64,000 nt of DNA from Oopsacas minuta (Eukaryota > Animalia > Porifera): assembly GCA_024704765.1 (NCBI GenBank), contig JAKMXF010000303.1:412570-476569 (forward strand), read 5' to 3'. Below are positions 13,101 through 28,100 of this stretch, piece after piece; positions within the stretch are counted from its first letter, which is position 1; every line of letters starts with the position of its first letter. The position numbers were made by a program, and so were the translations under genes. The notes beneath the pieces are model-generated. The model searched no databases, had not been told where the DNA came from, and saw only the letters and a list, made by a program, of their open reading frames with translations.

Positions 13101-16100
13101 ATCCTAGCAAGATAAGGCTGTTCTTCTTCTGGAATAATAAAATGAGTAGAGTTAAGAGACACGATTCCATGAGGTGCATCATTAGGAAGAATATTGATAG
13201 TAGCAATGCTAGCATCTCCTGCTCTAGCTCCTCCCGTTACGCTAGCAATCATTACCTCTACTGCTTCTAAGCCTTCTGGGATTGTGTCTGGTAATATCTA
13301 TTGGGATATGAATGTATATAATTTATATACAACATCACTATCAATCCAGTTATTAATCTGGAAAGTTTGAATACAAATCCATTCTAATAGCTAACGTAAG
13401 ATATAAGATTAGTTCTACCTGAATTGAGAAGGTATTTGTTCTCTCCTGGGTCTGAAATAGCTCCTCTCCACTAGTAATAGATATGTCAGCAGCAGCTGAC
13501 AAGCCCCCTCTTATCATTGCTTCCCAGGTAATACGTACAACTCCTTCAGCCCCTTCATATCTCTCCAGCACCAGGGATACGGATAGGGGGATGGACTGAG
13601 GCTCTTCAACTTCAATGGACCTAGTCTCAATAGAGAACCCGAACACACCATGAATGTCATCATTTTCAGAAATAGTCACAACAGTAGAGAAGTTAGTACT
13701 AGCTATACTAGCTCCGCCTGTGAGGGAGTAAAGCATAAAGTTATGTATATTTAACTGTTAAGAAATACAGTGAACTCAGATAAGATGTATCCCTTGTGAA
13801 AACAAATATTAATACGTTCAATCCCTATAGGGATTGAATTAAAATGAATGGAACTACATTTTTGGTTTGAAAAAAGTAATTATACGTCTTCTCCGAGTTC
13901 TACTGTACGTGTACACATACCACTGGGAGAAGTGAGTGAGACAGTAAACGTCTCATCAAACTCAGGATTGAGATCATCTGCTACAGTGAGTGGGAGTGCT
14001 GCTAGACTTGTTCCTTCTGTGAATGTCACCTGTCCGTTGAGTGATGAGAGATCGTTGAGAGCAGCTGTCACAAGAGTGACAGTATATCTGACAGCAACTG
14101 TACCAAATAACCCAGCACTTCTCCGTACGAATAAGAAGTTGCTAGCAGGCTCAGGCACTGTAAACTGGGTGGAAGTGAATGAGAATATTCCTCTCGCGTC
14201 ATCATTTTCTGAAATAGTTATCTCACTTATTGAAGCAGCTCCACTGTCGATCTGTAATCAAATAACAATTATTAAATCCTTGTACTCGTGAATATGATAA
14301 TAAATCTCCAGTACAGTTATTGGTTATTACCGTAGGTATAGCCATTCCTGGCTGTGGAGCAGATAGGAGCTCAGCTGATATCAGCAATACATCAAACCTT
14401 TCATCAGCTTCAGGGACTGTGTCATGTAGTACTGTTATATCTATCATGCGAGTTGTAATTCCACTCGTAAAGTCAACATAAGCTGTATCAATTTGAGTAT
14501 AGTCCTGATCAGGAGTAGCAGGATTTAGAGTAGGTATTGAGGTAGAGTAGTTTACACGGATATCTCCAGTAGTACCGAACTGTCTGTTAATCGTAAGTGA
14601 AAAAGTATTTCCTTCTTCTACTGTCACACTTCTCTGTCCAAGAGGGAAATTGAACAATCCATGAGGATAGTCACTAGCCTAGGTGAAGGCAATGAGAGAT
14701 TTATAGGAATCAAAATACACTACCCATGCAGTAGATACATCATATCCATAGGTATAAGAACATTAGGACAGAATATATAATTACTATTTGTAATACGTAA
14801 TTAATATTTCGTGACGTAATTTAATCCCATCTGAGGTGAGAGGGTTGTAAGCCCCAAGTGTGGTCAGAGGATATGCCTGGAAGCCTGGAGCAATTTGTGA
14901 TATAATATAATCAGCCTAGAATAGTCTTATTATAGTAGACTCCGCTTAATAGAGCCATCGGTTAATCGGGTCACTTCACTAAAAACAGAACCATACAAAT
15001 AATAGTGTTGAATTACTCCGCCGCTTAATCGGGTCAAAATAGCCTGGTGCCAATGCGACTGTATCTGTTTTTTCTTGTTAGTTAGGGCCGTCACCCCATC
15101 ACCTCACGTATTACTGCAGGGGAGGATGCTCGACACCACTACTACCATAACTAATCAGCTGTTCTTACCTGTATACTAATCATAACTTGTGTGTCTCCTA
15201 GAGAAGAGAGTCTAGCACCACCTGTCACATTGATAATCTCTACTTTAAACATCTCTAAGAACTCAGATATTTGATCTTGAATAATACTGAAATCTATTTC
15301 TCCATTATCAACACCGTCTGCGAAATACACAATGCCACTAGACGGAGATATGTCAGTGGGTCCATTAGACCCAGTCAGTGACCAATACAATGTAACGTCA
15401 CCCAGTAATCCCCCTGTCCGCTGTAGATATAAAGTAGTACTCACATCATCCTCACTAACCACTCTACTCAGAGAATCAGACCTGAAGGAGAACACTCCGA
15501 ATGCATCATCACTTGTTGCTATCGTAACATTTATGATATATCCTATCCCGAGAGAGGGTTTACCAGAGAGTCCCGTGGGATTAGATAGTATTACTTGGAA
15601 GGATTCTTCTAGCTCAGGAATAGCATCATCTACTAGTGTAATGGTGAGATATTGACTACGTTGTCCTTGTGAGAATGTTAGTGATCCTGCTGTGTTGATG
15701 TAGTCTCTGTCTGACCCGATTCCAAACGCGTCCAAACTACTGGTGAAGTATTCTACGCTAACCTGACCAACTGTACCCTGGAGAGTATACAATATATAAT
15801 GAGTTAGGTTGTGGATAATCGTGTACCCTATGTTTATATGTTATTCGTTTTTGCAAAAATTGGATGAGAAAATATACTACACATAAATCCGATATAAACT
15901 GATTAAGTACGCGAATGGTGCGGAATGTGCGGAAAAGTAAAATCTTGAATATCACCAACTAATTTCTATCATAGCTACCAGATTAAATAAAGTTTAGGGC
16001 AACCTACCTGTGCTCGTACAACTTGTAGAGAGATATTGACAGTCTCCTCACTAACAGTTATGACAGGTTGCTCTGTAGCAGCTTCTATGAACTGATTATC

Positions 16101-19100
16101 TTGTGCAGGAACTCCTGATGTATCAAACTGAAACAGACCGTATGGAGAATCATTCTCCTCTATCCTCAGACTAATGTTCTGTTCTGGAGGTGTGTTGATG
16201 TAGTAAGCAGATATAGGAGTGCTGGGGGTGGTTCCATCCTCTCCGGACAAACCTGTGATACAATGAACATTTCAATAAACTTATCAACCTCAGCATATAT
16301 TTGGCTGTGTTAGTTTAATGGACTTTTAGCCATAAGTATTACTTATCAAGGTATAGCCTATGACCAAGGCTAATCTGAAGTACCAATGTAATTAGATAAC
16401 GAAGATTTGTGGATTCAATTATTTTTTGAAAAATCAAACAGTTGGCATAAGCGAAGTCAATAAGGCTCGGATAAAGTCCAGGACGGCGGAGAACCATATA
16501 TTGAGTATGAGCTGAGAGTATGAGATATAGAGAAATAAGTATAGTAGACACATAATTCAATGTATTCAGAAACCTGTTAGCGTAACAACAAAGATCTCAG
16601 CAAGTTCAGGCAGCTCATCATCTACTGGAGTGAGTATAAGATTAGCTAAGGACTCTCCATCTGATAGAAGTACACGTCCAGTAGCTTCAGTGAAGTCTAG
16701 TGTGGCTAGAGTTAAGCCGTCAGATTGGTAAACTGACCAGTGGACATACACACCTCCCTGACTAGAGAAGGAGCGTGAGATTACTATAGAAGCTGTATTT
16801 GACTCGTCTTCTAAGCTAACGGGCTGGAGAGATTGGAACTCGAAAATTCCTACCAAATAAGTTGAATAGTAATAATTGCTAAATACATAGTTTTATAAAT
16901 ATCAAAGGTTGATATATGTAACTAACCATTGCCTGTGTCACTGGCTAGAATGTTAAAATTAGCAGATCTTTCTATTGGTAGGAATCTACCAAATCCCTTC
17001 AGATTGAGAATAGTGGGGTGTGTCACTTCGGTAGGTTCTACTATGTCATCTTCTCTAACACTAAATACCGGAGTAGATGCGTTGTTTTGGCCAATAGAGA
17101 AATTAGCATACCCAGATATAGGGGTCACATCTTGTGAAGGTGAGCTGATAGAAATGCTTTGAATCTATCGAGAGATTAGAATTGATAAACTATAATAGAC
17201 TACTTAATACATATCAGGGCTATAGGATTCATTAAAATAATGAATAGTTTATGAGTCAGTTCACAGAATAGCCTTGGATTCTTTAGAAGTGTTACTATAG
17301 GTAACATCAGTGGCGTAGCATGAGTGGGGCTGGTGGCTCGAAATTGTGGCGTATGATGTCATTACCTGGCGCAACGTGCCTGCGGAACTCTAACTCATTG
17401 GGTAGAAGCATGACCCAGAGGCCCGAGCTGCACTCCCAGTGTGTAGGCTGGAAATTTTATTATTCGTATGATATACGTAGTGAACATATCTACGTATTAA
17501 ATATGAATTAGTATATAAGCCCAGAAAGTCGGTTAATTAGGATAATAACGTGTAATTCAAGGCGATGAAGTAGTTCATCACGAAGTGACGAGCCTTCTGA
17601 CTTGTATACAATATTACATACAAATAACTGAAATACCTGAGCTAGAGATAGAGCAGCATAATATACTCTAACATCTTGGAGAGCTAGAGATACACCCTCA
17701 TTACCAGCTCCATCAGCTCCTATACTCATAACAGCATTACTGTCAGCTACTATACCCCCAGACATGAGACTGGTACTGACTAGCAGTACACCCCTAAAGT
17801 ATAACTTTGCCTCACGTGTTGGAGATGTCTGATGGACTACTGCTATATGAGACCAAGTGTCATTGAATGTGTCAACTGGTAATTCTGCCTCCACCGTATT
17901 AGTAGTAGTACTAGATGACGTCACAGTATATTCATACTGCAGATAACTGGTAGATCCTGATACTCGCATCTTAATACCATAATATACTACAGATACGTCA
18001 GTACTATGTCTAGCCATGATGAAACCTGAAGTAGCACTACCTTTGATGAAAGCACTGAGCGTAAATCCTCCCATTATGTCTGCTGGAGAGGGTTGGTATT
18101 GAGAAGGTACCGTTAGGAGTGAGTCAGATTGTCCAGAGAACAGATAAGCTAAGGTACCTGTATCAGACCTACTGGCGTATTGTGATACACCTGGACCTGT
18201 AATCCCGTAGAAGAACAGGTCTAGGAGAGGGGTTCCTCTCAACAGAGAGGGAGTCATCTCCCACACCAGCTCGGCAGCAGCTAGAGTACCTCCGTATTGA
18301 GACAAGTAGAGGACACGATCTCGTGAGGTGAGAGGAGCTCCGGGCAATAGGTCTTCCGGAATGTAAACATCCAAACTTTCCTCTGACCAGCCGTAAGCTC
18401 CATATGGATCATCATTCTCTGGGACTGTGAGTATACTCGTGAGATTATCAGCAGCACAGGAGGGCCCTGGATTGATGGGCGGGAACACAAATACCGGACA
18501 GTTAATAGAAATGTAGTACAAGTCCTCTAGCTCAGGGATACCATCATCTGATATAACAACAGTTACTGTAGTATTAGCACTACCATCTTGTATTATGACG
18601 TCACTAGAGAAAGACAAGTCCCCCATACTAGCAGGCAGATCTGGGTGGTTTGTGGATACGAGTACTAAGCTAAGTGTAATAATCAGCTGACCGAATGTAC
18701 CTCTTGTCCTTCTGATAACCAGATCTATACTCTCCCCCTCATCTCCAGTCACGATAAGGGATTGTGGATGGAAGGATACTATACCGTTAGGATCATCATT
18801 AGGAGCTATATACACAGATACATTGTAGGGTCTATCCACTACACTATCCCCGGTAGCATCGTATAATACAAAATAGAATCGTTCCTCTATTTCAGGAGCG
18901 TTATCATCTTGAATACCAGTTGATACTGTCTTCTCTCTATCACCCGATTCAAACACAATCAAGAAATCGTTGTAAGGAATATAGTCCTGATTCTCCAAGG
19001 CTGAATCCTGAATAGTACTAAGTTTAACAGTAGCCCTGTCCACTGCTTGACCTCCACGAGTAATAGTTACTTCAGCAGTAGAACCTTGTAACTCAGCTAC

Positions 19101-22100
19101 ATCCAGAGTTCTAGTAGTAAAAGTGATCGGGTCATCATTAGCTGATATTAACAGCTGTGCCTATAAAAGTGTAAATATTATAACAGATAGATTGACTCAT
19201 GCAGAGGGGGGGGGGGTAGGAAGCAAATTATGAGTGGTGGAGGCACTATAGCTGACAATGTTAATATATTGAAATTATCAATGCCCCATTCGAGATATAA
19301 ACATGAATATGTACCGTATTTCCCTGAATAAGCGCAAGGGCGCTTATTCTTCTCATGGCCATTTTTTCTTATAATTTTTTACAATTTTTGAAAATACGAA
19401 TGATTTGGGAATCTAATTATCCTAATTTGAAAGTGGTGGGTCATGTACCACCTCCTACAACTGTCATGATATATTCTCCAAAGCCAATTAATCCATAGTA
19501 TCATTGTATAACATTATCGTAAACATACTTGAGCCCTGTCTAGCTGGATGTCTGCTCCCCCTGTGGGAGAGGACAGCTGGAGAATCAGAACCTCTACATC
19601 TTCAGGTATATCATCTGGTAGGATAAATACACTAAAATCAGCATAATCCTCTCCCTCAGAGAACTGTAGTGTACCAAAAGTAGGAGTGACGTCATTACCA
19701 GCATTGAAAGAAGAGAAACTCCAATAAACACTCACATTACCAAATGTGCCTCTATCTCTGTTAACGCGAAACTGCACTGTATTATACTGAGAATTGTCAG
19801 TGACACTGGGATCTGTCTCAGAAGCAGATACAGTTATATCTTCGAATTGGAATACACCATAAGGATAGTCATTCTCAAGTATCGTGATAGCTGCCTGTGT
19901 AGGTTCAACAAGGATTGCATTCTGTGTTACCTGGAATAGTTAAAGGATATTATCAATAGTTAAATATTACCAACTTGTAGTTATGTTGCATACAGTCAAA
20001 TCCTGTTATTAACCGAGTACATATGTGACTACAGGTTCCGTATTATGAACTTTCAGGGGACCAAGAATTGTGTTCATAATCCAAATACTTCATAATAAGT
20101 GCACTCACCAAAATACGAATCCTAAGTGAATTGTTTCTAAAGGGTCATAGGGTTATTCACAATGAAAAAATGGTAATAATAATCAGGCCTGACTGTATCC
20201 AGTAGAATAATGAAAGATGAATGAACTTACTTGAGATATCGTGAGATTGAAATATTCCTCCAGTTCTGATAAATCGTCATCAAATGGAGTAATGATAAAC
20301 TCTTTAGTAGCCTCGTTAGCACTGATAATCTCAAACCCAGAATAATAGAAATCTCTAGGACCATTAGATGTTATCATATAGCTAACAATTTCATTGGTGA
20401 GCAGTGCTCCTGTCCTCATAAGGGTGAGTATAATGACGTCATTAGTTGTTTCAGAGACAACATAAGGTCCCACTGAATCAGGAGATAGACTTATAGTGCC
20501 TCCGGGTGTATCACTAGCTATTATTGTTACGAAACTACTAGAGCTAGCTCCGTTAATCTGCTGGTTCTGTTCACCAGATGCTATCAGGGTTACTACAAAT
20601 GTTTCTTCTAACTCAGGAATATCATCAGCTGTTACTAGAATCGTAAGATTTGTACTATTCTCTCCTTCAGCTAATATTATCGTATCAAACAGGTTCTGTG
20701 ATAAATCATCTTCACTGAAGGTGTCAGCAGCTGTAGCTTTAACTATGACATAGGATATGGTAGCCTGTCCAGCTGATCCGTCTCTCTCAATTGTCAGGTT
20801 TACCTACATAATACAACATATAGAATCATAGCATAGACAGTAACCCTGCTTGTGAGTATAGAGAAACAAGAGCTAGTCTGGAACAGTCGTTGCAGGTGTT
20901 GCAGTAATTCCATATTGCGCAACACTAGAATATCATTCTATATTTCCAAAAGTTCATTATTGTAAACCGCCTTAAGTAGATTTACTATTGTTAGAAATTC
21001 CCTCTAATGGGAATTCTTCATGTTATTAACGACTTAAAATTATTACACTACACTACTCAATATTTGATTATTTAATTATCTAAATATTCATAAATATTCA
21101 TAAATGTGTTCCTTCATTCCTTTGTGTCCTTATATCGTGCATATCAATAAACACAATAATTAAGGAAGAGATTCCATCTATAACCCAGGTGTTAACATTA
21201 ATATCCACAGCATAATAAATAGTAAATTTAGCTTATCTAAACTTCTTTAGAGGATTCTACACTGAGTTGTTCAGATAACAAACTGCATTAGTATCCCATT
21301 AAGTTGACAGTTAACAAAGTATTAAATTCTTATAATAGTGCAGATAGGTAAGTATGTAAAATTTGAATGACTCTTAATAACAGGAGAATTAAGGTGCCCA
21401 AACCTGTATATAATATACCGTATTTGTTTGAATGCTCCTAGCGCTTGGCAAACAAGGCTCCAATACTTGTAAACAAAGATTGAGACAAAATTTATCACCA
21501 CATTCTAGAAAAATTTTCTTGAAGAAATTTACGTCTCATCTGGCTATGCACCAAATCAGGGTAATAAGTTTCCCAAAATCACTTGTAATTCAATAATTGT
21601 AAAAATACAATTTTGAACATACAAATTATATTGAGCGTATGCCCAATATAATTCGGAAAATAAAGAATAAATTTCACTTCTGAATGGACACTGAATATAT
21701 TTATACAACACACACAGTAAAATACGATTCAAAAATTTATAGATCCGAGGGCCCCAGATTTCCTACCACTGGTGTAGAAGAATGCGATGACGAAAACTAG
21801 AATTAATTCTTAAAATGCAAGGAGGATCTATGATACTTACGGTGAGTAATTTAAATCTACTTAATTAACTATAATACACTGGTACAAATATTTAATCAAG
21901 ATGCTGGTATGCTACGTGATAGTACAATTACACACCAGTTAAAAGCTGGGTAGGGACGTCCCTGTAATACTACTTATCAATGCAAATTAATTTAAAATAA
22001 ATCACTTACAGTGGTGGGCTGGGTAGAAGTTCCCTCATCTATTGATAAAAGTCTTGATGCCTCTGTGAATCCGATCCTACCGTTGATAGCCTCCTCAGGT

Positions 22101-25100
22101 ATTGGGATCAATAGTTTATCTCGTGGCCCGATGGATGGGCTAGAGGGAGGCTCAATTAGCAACGGGATAGCACTAGTTCTAACAATATCGACAGATTGTA
22201 TAGTAGCATAGAATCTTCCTAGAGCTTCTAAAAATGCGTTGTCAGCAATGGTGAGATCGATGCTAGTCATGTTAACCCCTTCCTAAAGCAAGATATCATA
22301 TTATTAGCTGGTAGAGATATGGGAATAGTACAACCAGCTACCCATCAGACCTGATACAGATATGATAGCCAGATTATACATTAGTACTTAACTCACTTGA
22401 ATGACAGTGAATCCAGGTGAAGTGACGTAATCAAGTAACTGATTGCCTATATCACCACCAGCTGGTACATACGTCACGTTATAGTTTATAATAATGTTGA
22501 ACTCTAACCCCTGGGTCCTAATCAACTGTAGAGTAAGAGTCCGTGGGTTCAGAGTTATAGTGTGTCCTACTTCTCCCCATTCAAACAAACCATATGCATT
22601 GTCACTATCCCGTACTATGAAATTCTCAGATAATTCAGTATCAGCTAATCTACCGATGTTAGAAGTAACAGAGATTAGCTGTACTGTGAAATACTCTGCT
22701 GATTCAGGAATACCGTCTGCTACTACTGGTATAAGTAGATCTCCTTGCGTCTGTCCGTCTGAGATAGAGCTTGTTCCAGGAGTGTATATATCGTCTACTG
22801 CTGAGGAGGAGTTACTGAGTCGATGTGTTACCTGAGGAATATAAGAGTATTTATAGATATTAACGTAAGCAATAAATAATATAACGTATGCTACATGTCA
22901 TTGCTAAGACAGCGTTAAATGCATCAATTATTTTCACGAGTCTTGTAATTCCATGGCAAGACATTGTGAATGATAGAATTATAGTTTATAGAGTAATGCA
23001 ATGCTTAGCTTAACTGTGAAATAATATACAATTTGAAGTCATTACCTAATTTGAGCAAATAGCTAATTAGCAAACAGAGGGAGGCACTTTAGTGATGAGA
23101 TATTTGTGTGTACAGAGAATGTGTATGAATCTATACGTATACATGTAAGATTATCTCGGATTAGCCTTGAGCTCCGCCCAAAGATATGATGAATAAAGAT
23201 TGCCTGGGGGGGGTGTTTACAGATATCATACTTTTTTCTTTTCTCTTTACAAAATTCTATACACAAGTGTCCTATTTCAGCAAAATTTGGCTACAGAAGA
23301 GGCTTTGTTTTGCCTGATATGTATTATCAATTAAATGTAGGCAGTAAAAGATTTCACTAATTGATTTAGAAATATTTTGAGGAATCAATCCCTATTTGAT
23401 TTTTGTGTATTCATAGAGTTAATTATCTATAGTAATGTGAATATTTAAAAAATATTCTAACTAATAATAATACATAGCAAAAAGCATCCACAAAGCAATA
23501 TTGATCCAATGAATTGTGTGGCTTATCGTGAATAATCTTTCTGTTAATTTAAGGCCAAGGTGTTCAGTATCAGGAATATACAGTGAAATGTTTGTATTAC
23601 TGAGGATATAACAGTATTACAGGTTACCTATTCATAGGAGAACATGCAGGATCCCTAAATGGACTGTACGGAAAATTATAATTAATTCATAATTAATCAA
23701 TTGAAGATTATCAGTTAATGCAATATTTAAGGTTAATATATTCAGATCAATAAGGTAACTAATGAACAGATAACAAGACAGAATCTATCACTGATATAAT
23801 TGACGTTCGTCTACCGATGATTTAATTCCATTCAATAAGAAGGTTTCTGATCTCACATAATCGTAGGATACAGAATTAAACGGCCATTTATTGTGTTATG
23901 AATTATTAAATTTACTTTCTTATTGAATTCTTTGAAGCTAGAAAAATACAGAAATAAGCAATGCTTATGATGGGTTTCCAATCGGTCACTGGTATTGGGA
24001 TAGATTGGTGTTGCTAAGAACTATATGTCAACAAAGCATGTAAATAGATAATAACAACAAACAAATCAGGGAAAGATTAATCGATAACAAGAGATATCGA
24101 GGTCTCACATTCAAAGCTAGTAAATAAACTTAATTACTCCATTTCGGATGGGCATCAGCCCGGAAACACATATAAAAGATAGAAATTTGTATGTTCACTA
24201 ATGACTAAAAATTTACTTAGATGTCTTACAAATATACTGATATATCGTAAAAAATTCACAGTAAGAAAAGTGTCTGGATTTTTGCTGTAGGAAACACGAA
24301 ATATAGAGATAATATTAGAAATTATTTTGATTCCTAGAAATTTCAATTTACTAAATTAGTTAATTTAGTCGAAGTATTTCTGTTATTAATTAGATTAATT
24401 AGCTAAATATTAAACAAAAAATAAGTTAGAATTGCAAACTAATATTTCAAATTGAAAATAATAAATTGTTTATTAAAAGCAATCGATGTAATTGCAAGGA
24501 ATAACAAAGAAACTGATATGCAACGAATGTGTATGCTGATGCATAAAACTAATTCAAATAAATAGTAAATTTCATGCTTGAAGCGACAAAAAATTCATAT
24601 TCTCATTTACAGTAGACCCTCACTAATCTGAACCTCGTTAATCCAAAACCTCGATAATTCGAACAGGAAATTCAAGGGAATTTCGGATAAGATTTTATAA
24701 AAAAAAGTTAATGAGGAAGTTGATCAATATAATCCTAATCTCAACCTCAGATAGGAATAATATTTTCCTCCTATCTCATTCTCAAAAAGGTGTCAATATC
24801 TTTCCTAAGATTTGGTTTCGACTTTTATACATCGTTCAAAAATTGATTTGAACCTACAATAAGGTGCTTCATACCGGGCGGCTGCGAAAAGAGGGAAACA
24901 CATTCGATCATATAGTGTTCATACAAAGGCACCCTAGCTTGTGACAAACAATAATCTAATATGGAATATACAGTCTTCAGGAGGACAAGAAACTTTCGGG
25001 ATATTTAAACAGAATTTAGGGGTTCTTCCAAAATTAAAAATTTGTCTTGTCTCTAACATTATTCAAATATCTACTAGCATTTACATTAAATTTGACAGCG

Positions 25101-28100
25101 CCAATGAATATACGGTCGATATACAGTATTCAAGATTTAGGTGGAATTTCCTTCTGCCACTTTTAGAAATAAATATAGTGATCATAACTTTTAGACTCAT
25201 TTCGTTGCTATTACTGCTGCATCCAAGTAGAAAAGGCTTTGGGCTTTGACAACAGAAACAGATGTATCAGTATATTCGTATTCAGAATACTTATAACTTA
25301 TATTATCACAACCAATCAATCATTTTATATCGAGAAAGATCTAGCATCTCTCTAGTTGATATTAACAGGGACATAATTAAAACACATGGATAGTGCATGT
25401 AAATTAATCAAGGTACAGTACAGGTGCGATTTCAGTGCTAGTGTACTTAGACTTGTCTCTACTTCACTGGACTTTTGATAGCAATTAATCAGAAATTGAA
25501 TAAGTCCATTAAAGAAGAATGTGTTAAAGCCAGAATAGCAGACTAGACAGTAAACTATACACATAAGTCAACTAGAGATTGTTACAATATACTACAAAGT
25601 AGGTGAAGCCACACGGATGGATATATCGTAATTTTGAGCAGACTGTATTTGTCTCCTCATAGAAATAGAACAGGTGGGACATATTTAGGAGAAGGAAGTT
25701 ATCCATCCTGACGACAAATTAGATCACACATATGTTATTAATTATTGACGCGGTTGCAAATATTAGCGTATTAGTTGGAACACATATGCAGATAATAAAG
25801 TACTTGAATAATATAACTATTCATCTGTTTGCAATTACTATGGCTACTTCAAGCAGAATACATATCAATTTTTATGAGGAGGATCATATGGCATGAAGAT
25901 AATATTAAATCATACAAAATCTCACCTCCCAGTCTACAGTGACAACACCAACAGTGCTCTCTGACCGAGTTAGAGTAAGACGAACATTCTCTCCTTCCAT
26001 CGCTATAACATCTTCAGTATCTATGATACTGACAACACCACCCGCTCCATCATTGCCTAATATGGTAATATCTACTGTAGAGGAGAACAGATGGATATCA
26101 GAACTAGGATTGCTTAGTGTTAATTGAAATATCTCATCATCTTCTGGGATAGTATCTTCGAGTATAGTTACCTCTATGTTGCATGAGTTGGTGTTCTCTT
26201 GGAGAGTTTTTGAAGAGCCTATTTAGCAGTGATGTAATTAAATAATCATAGAGACCCAATATTCACACAAAGGCAATGGCAATAACTTTTTTCTTAGACC
26301 AGGGATTGGTTAAACGAGTTTGGGATTGTTATGCTGGAGTGTATATCTCAAAAACAATGCACTTTGGGACGTATTACATACTTCTAGAAATACATGTCAT
26401 CATTCCATAAAAGCAAAATATTTGTCAAAATGTGACAAATTATATATTTTGTAATCAATAATTCAACGAATTATCAAAAATGCTCCATTTTTAAAGCATG
26501 TAAAACGTTAAATATTGATATTTGATTAAAATGTTGAAATACAAAATGTTCTAAAATCGTTTTTACACAAAAGTTGAAAATTTTGTCATGATAAAGTTTG
26601 CAAGTTTATGAGTTATAGCACATACCATGGATAGTAAACGTTTTGCCAATATCCATTTATAACTCGATAATCATGGAAATTATTGTAAAATCAGGATAGC
26701 TATTATATAGAATACATCTGACGTCCCATACCCTGATAATACATTTTGACATGATATCTCTGAAGATTATTGCGAAATGTTGAAAATGACTATATATGGG
26801 CATATTCAGGATTACGTCCATTGGTATGAGTTATCATATCAAAACCAAAAATTCAGCATTGACATCAGAATGTGGAAATAAAATTATCAAAAGGAAATGT
26901 GTATATCAGGTCAGGCACTACGGTGGGTGTCCTGGGCATCCGGACACCCACAAGCTTTAATAAGCGGCGTATTATTGAACACTTATGCAATTTTTCATAA
27001 GAATAATACAAATACTTGTTCAGGATTTAATATCTCTTTGGCAAAATTTAACAATTGTGCTCACTAAATCCGTCACTGTCTAAGTTAGGGGTGGATCAGA
27101 ATTACCAGGAAAAGTATCCCGAGGGGCAGGAGTTGACTGAATTTGTAAATAGGATAAATAAATCGAAGTAGGGATTTAGGATTAATGGAGGTAATCAGTT
27201 AATTGAAGTTCTATTAGAACAGACAGACAGATACAAGCAAGTTAATCAGATTTGTATAATAATTACTACTAAATTAACTCAGTTAAATGACCAAGACTGG
27301 TGACTTATGGAATAAATAGATTAGCAGACAATACTAAAATTGCTGTTGTACAACTTTATTATTACATCTTCCTCATAGGCAGATTAGTTACACAGAATAG
27401 CTGAGCTTTTTGGCTTTCGAAGCAGCTTTTTGATGATTAGTATAATGTCATAAGCAATAATGAAAGACAAAATAAGCACACTATTATCAAAGCTCAGTAT
27501 ATAATCTAATTAGTGAAAATGGCTTAGAATTAGTATAGGGCAGATGGTGCTACATAATTGTTGACCTCCTGTCTTCATATTTTAAACAGCGCGGGGGAAG
27601 TTCCATTTAATGAAGCAACAGTTGCTACGTTCGTCCTATTGAAGGATGGACTATAAGCATGAATTGAAGATATACTTACAACGGCTGCATCTTATTTCTA
27701 ATTACATGCATATCTACACCTGGGAATGAAGAGCAATTAGCTCAGTCATAGCACTTGAGCTCCAAAAGATACCAGACATACTTACAAGATAATGCAGCCA
27801 TTACAAATGTGAACGACTATATTCTAAGTAAGTTTTGAGCAGAGTAATGTACTTAGTATTACAGATGTCCCAGCAGTATATCAGTATATAGAGATGGTGT
27901 GAAAAAGTAAAGACGAGTAATGAAGATATAATAGATATGACTATACGTAATTAACTGTCAAATAATCTGTAAGATTGCAAGTGTCAATTTATAAGACAAA
28001 CCTAATAGAGAACAATTATATGATTTCAGCAAACAGACGTTGTCAGGTAATATCAACATTATTGGAATTCTCCCTGAAGCACCAAGAAAGGTAATTGTTC

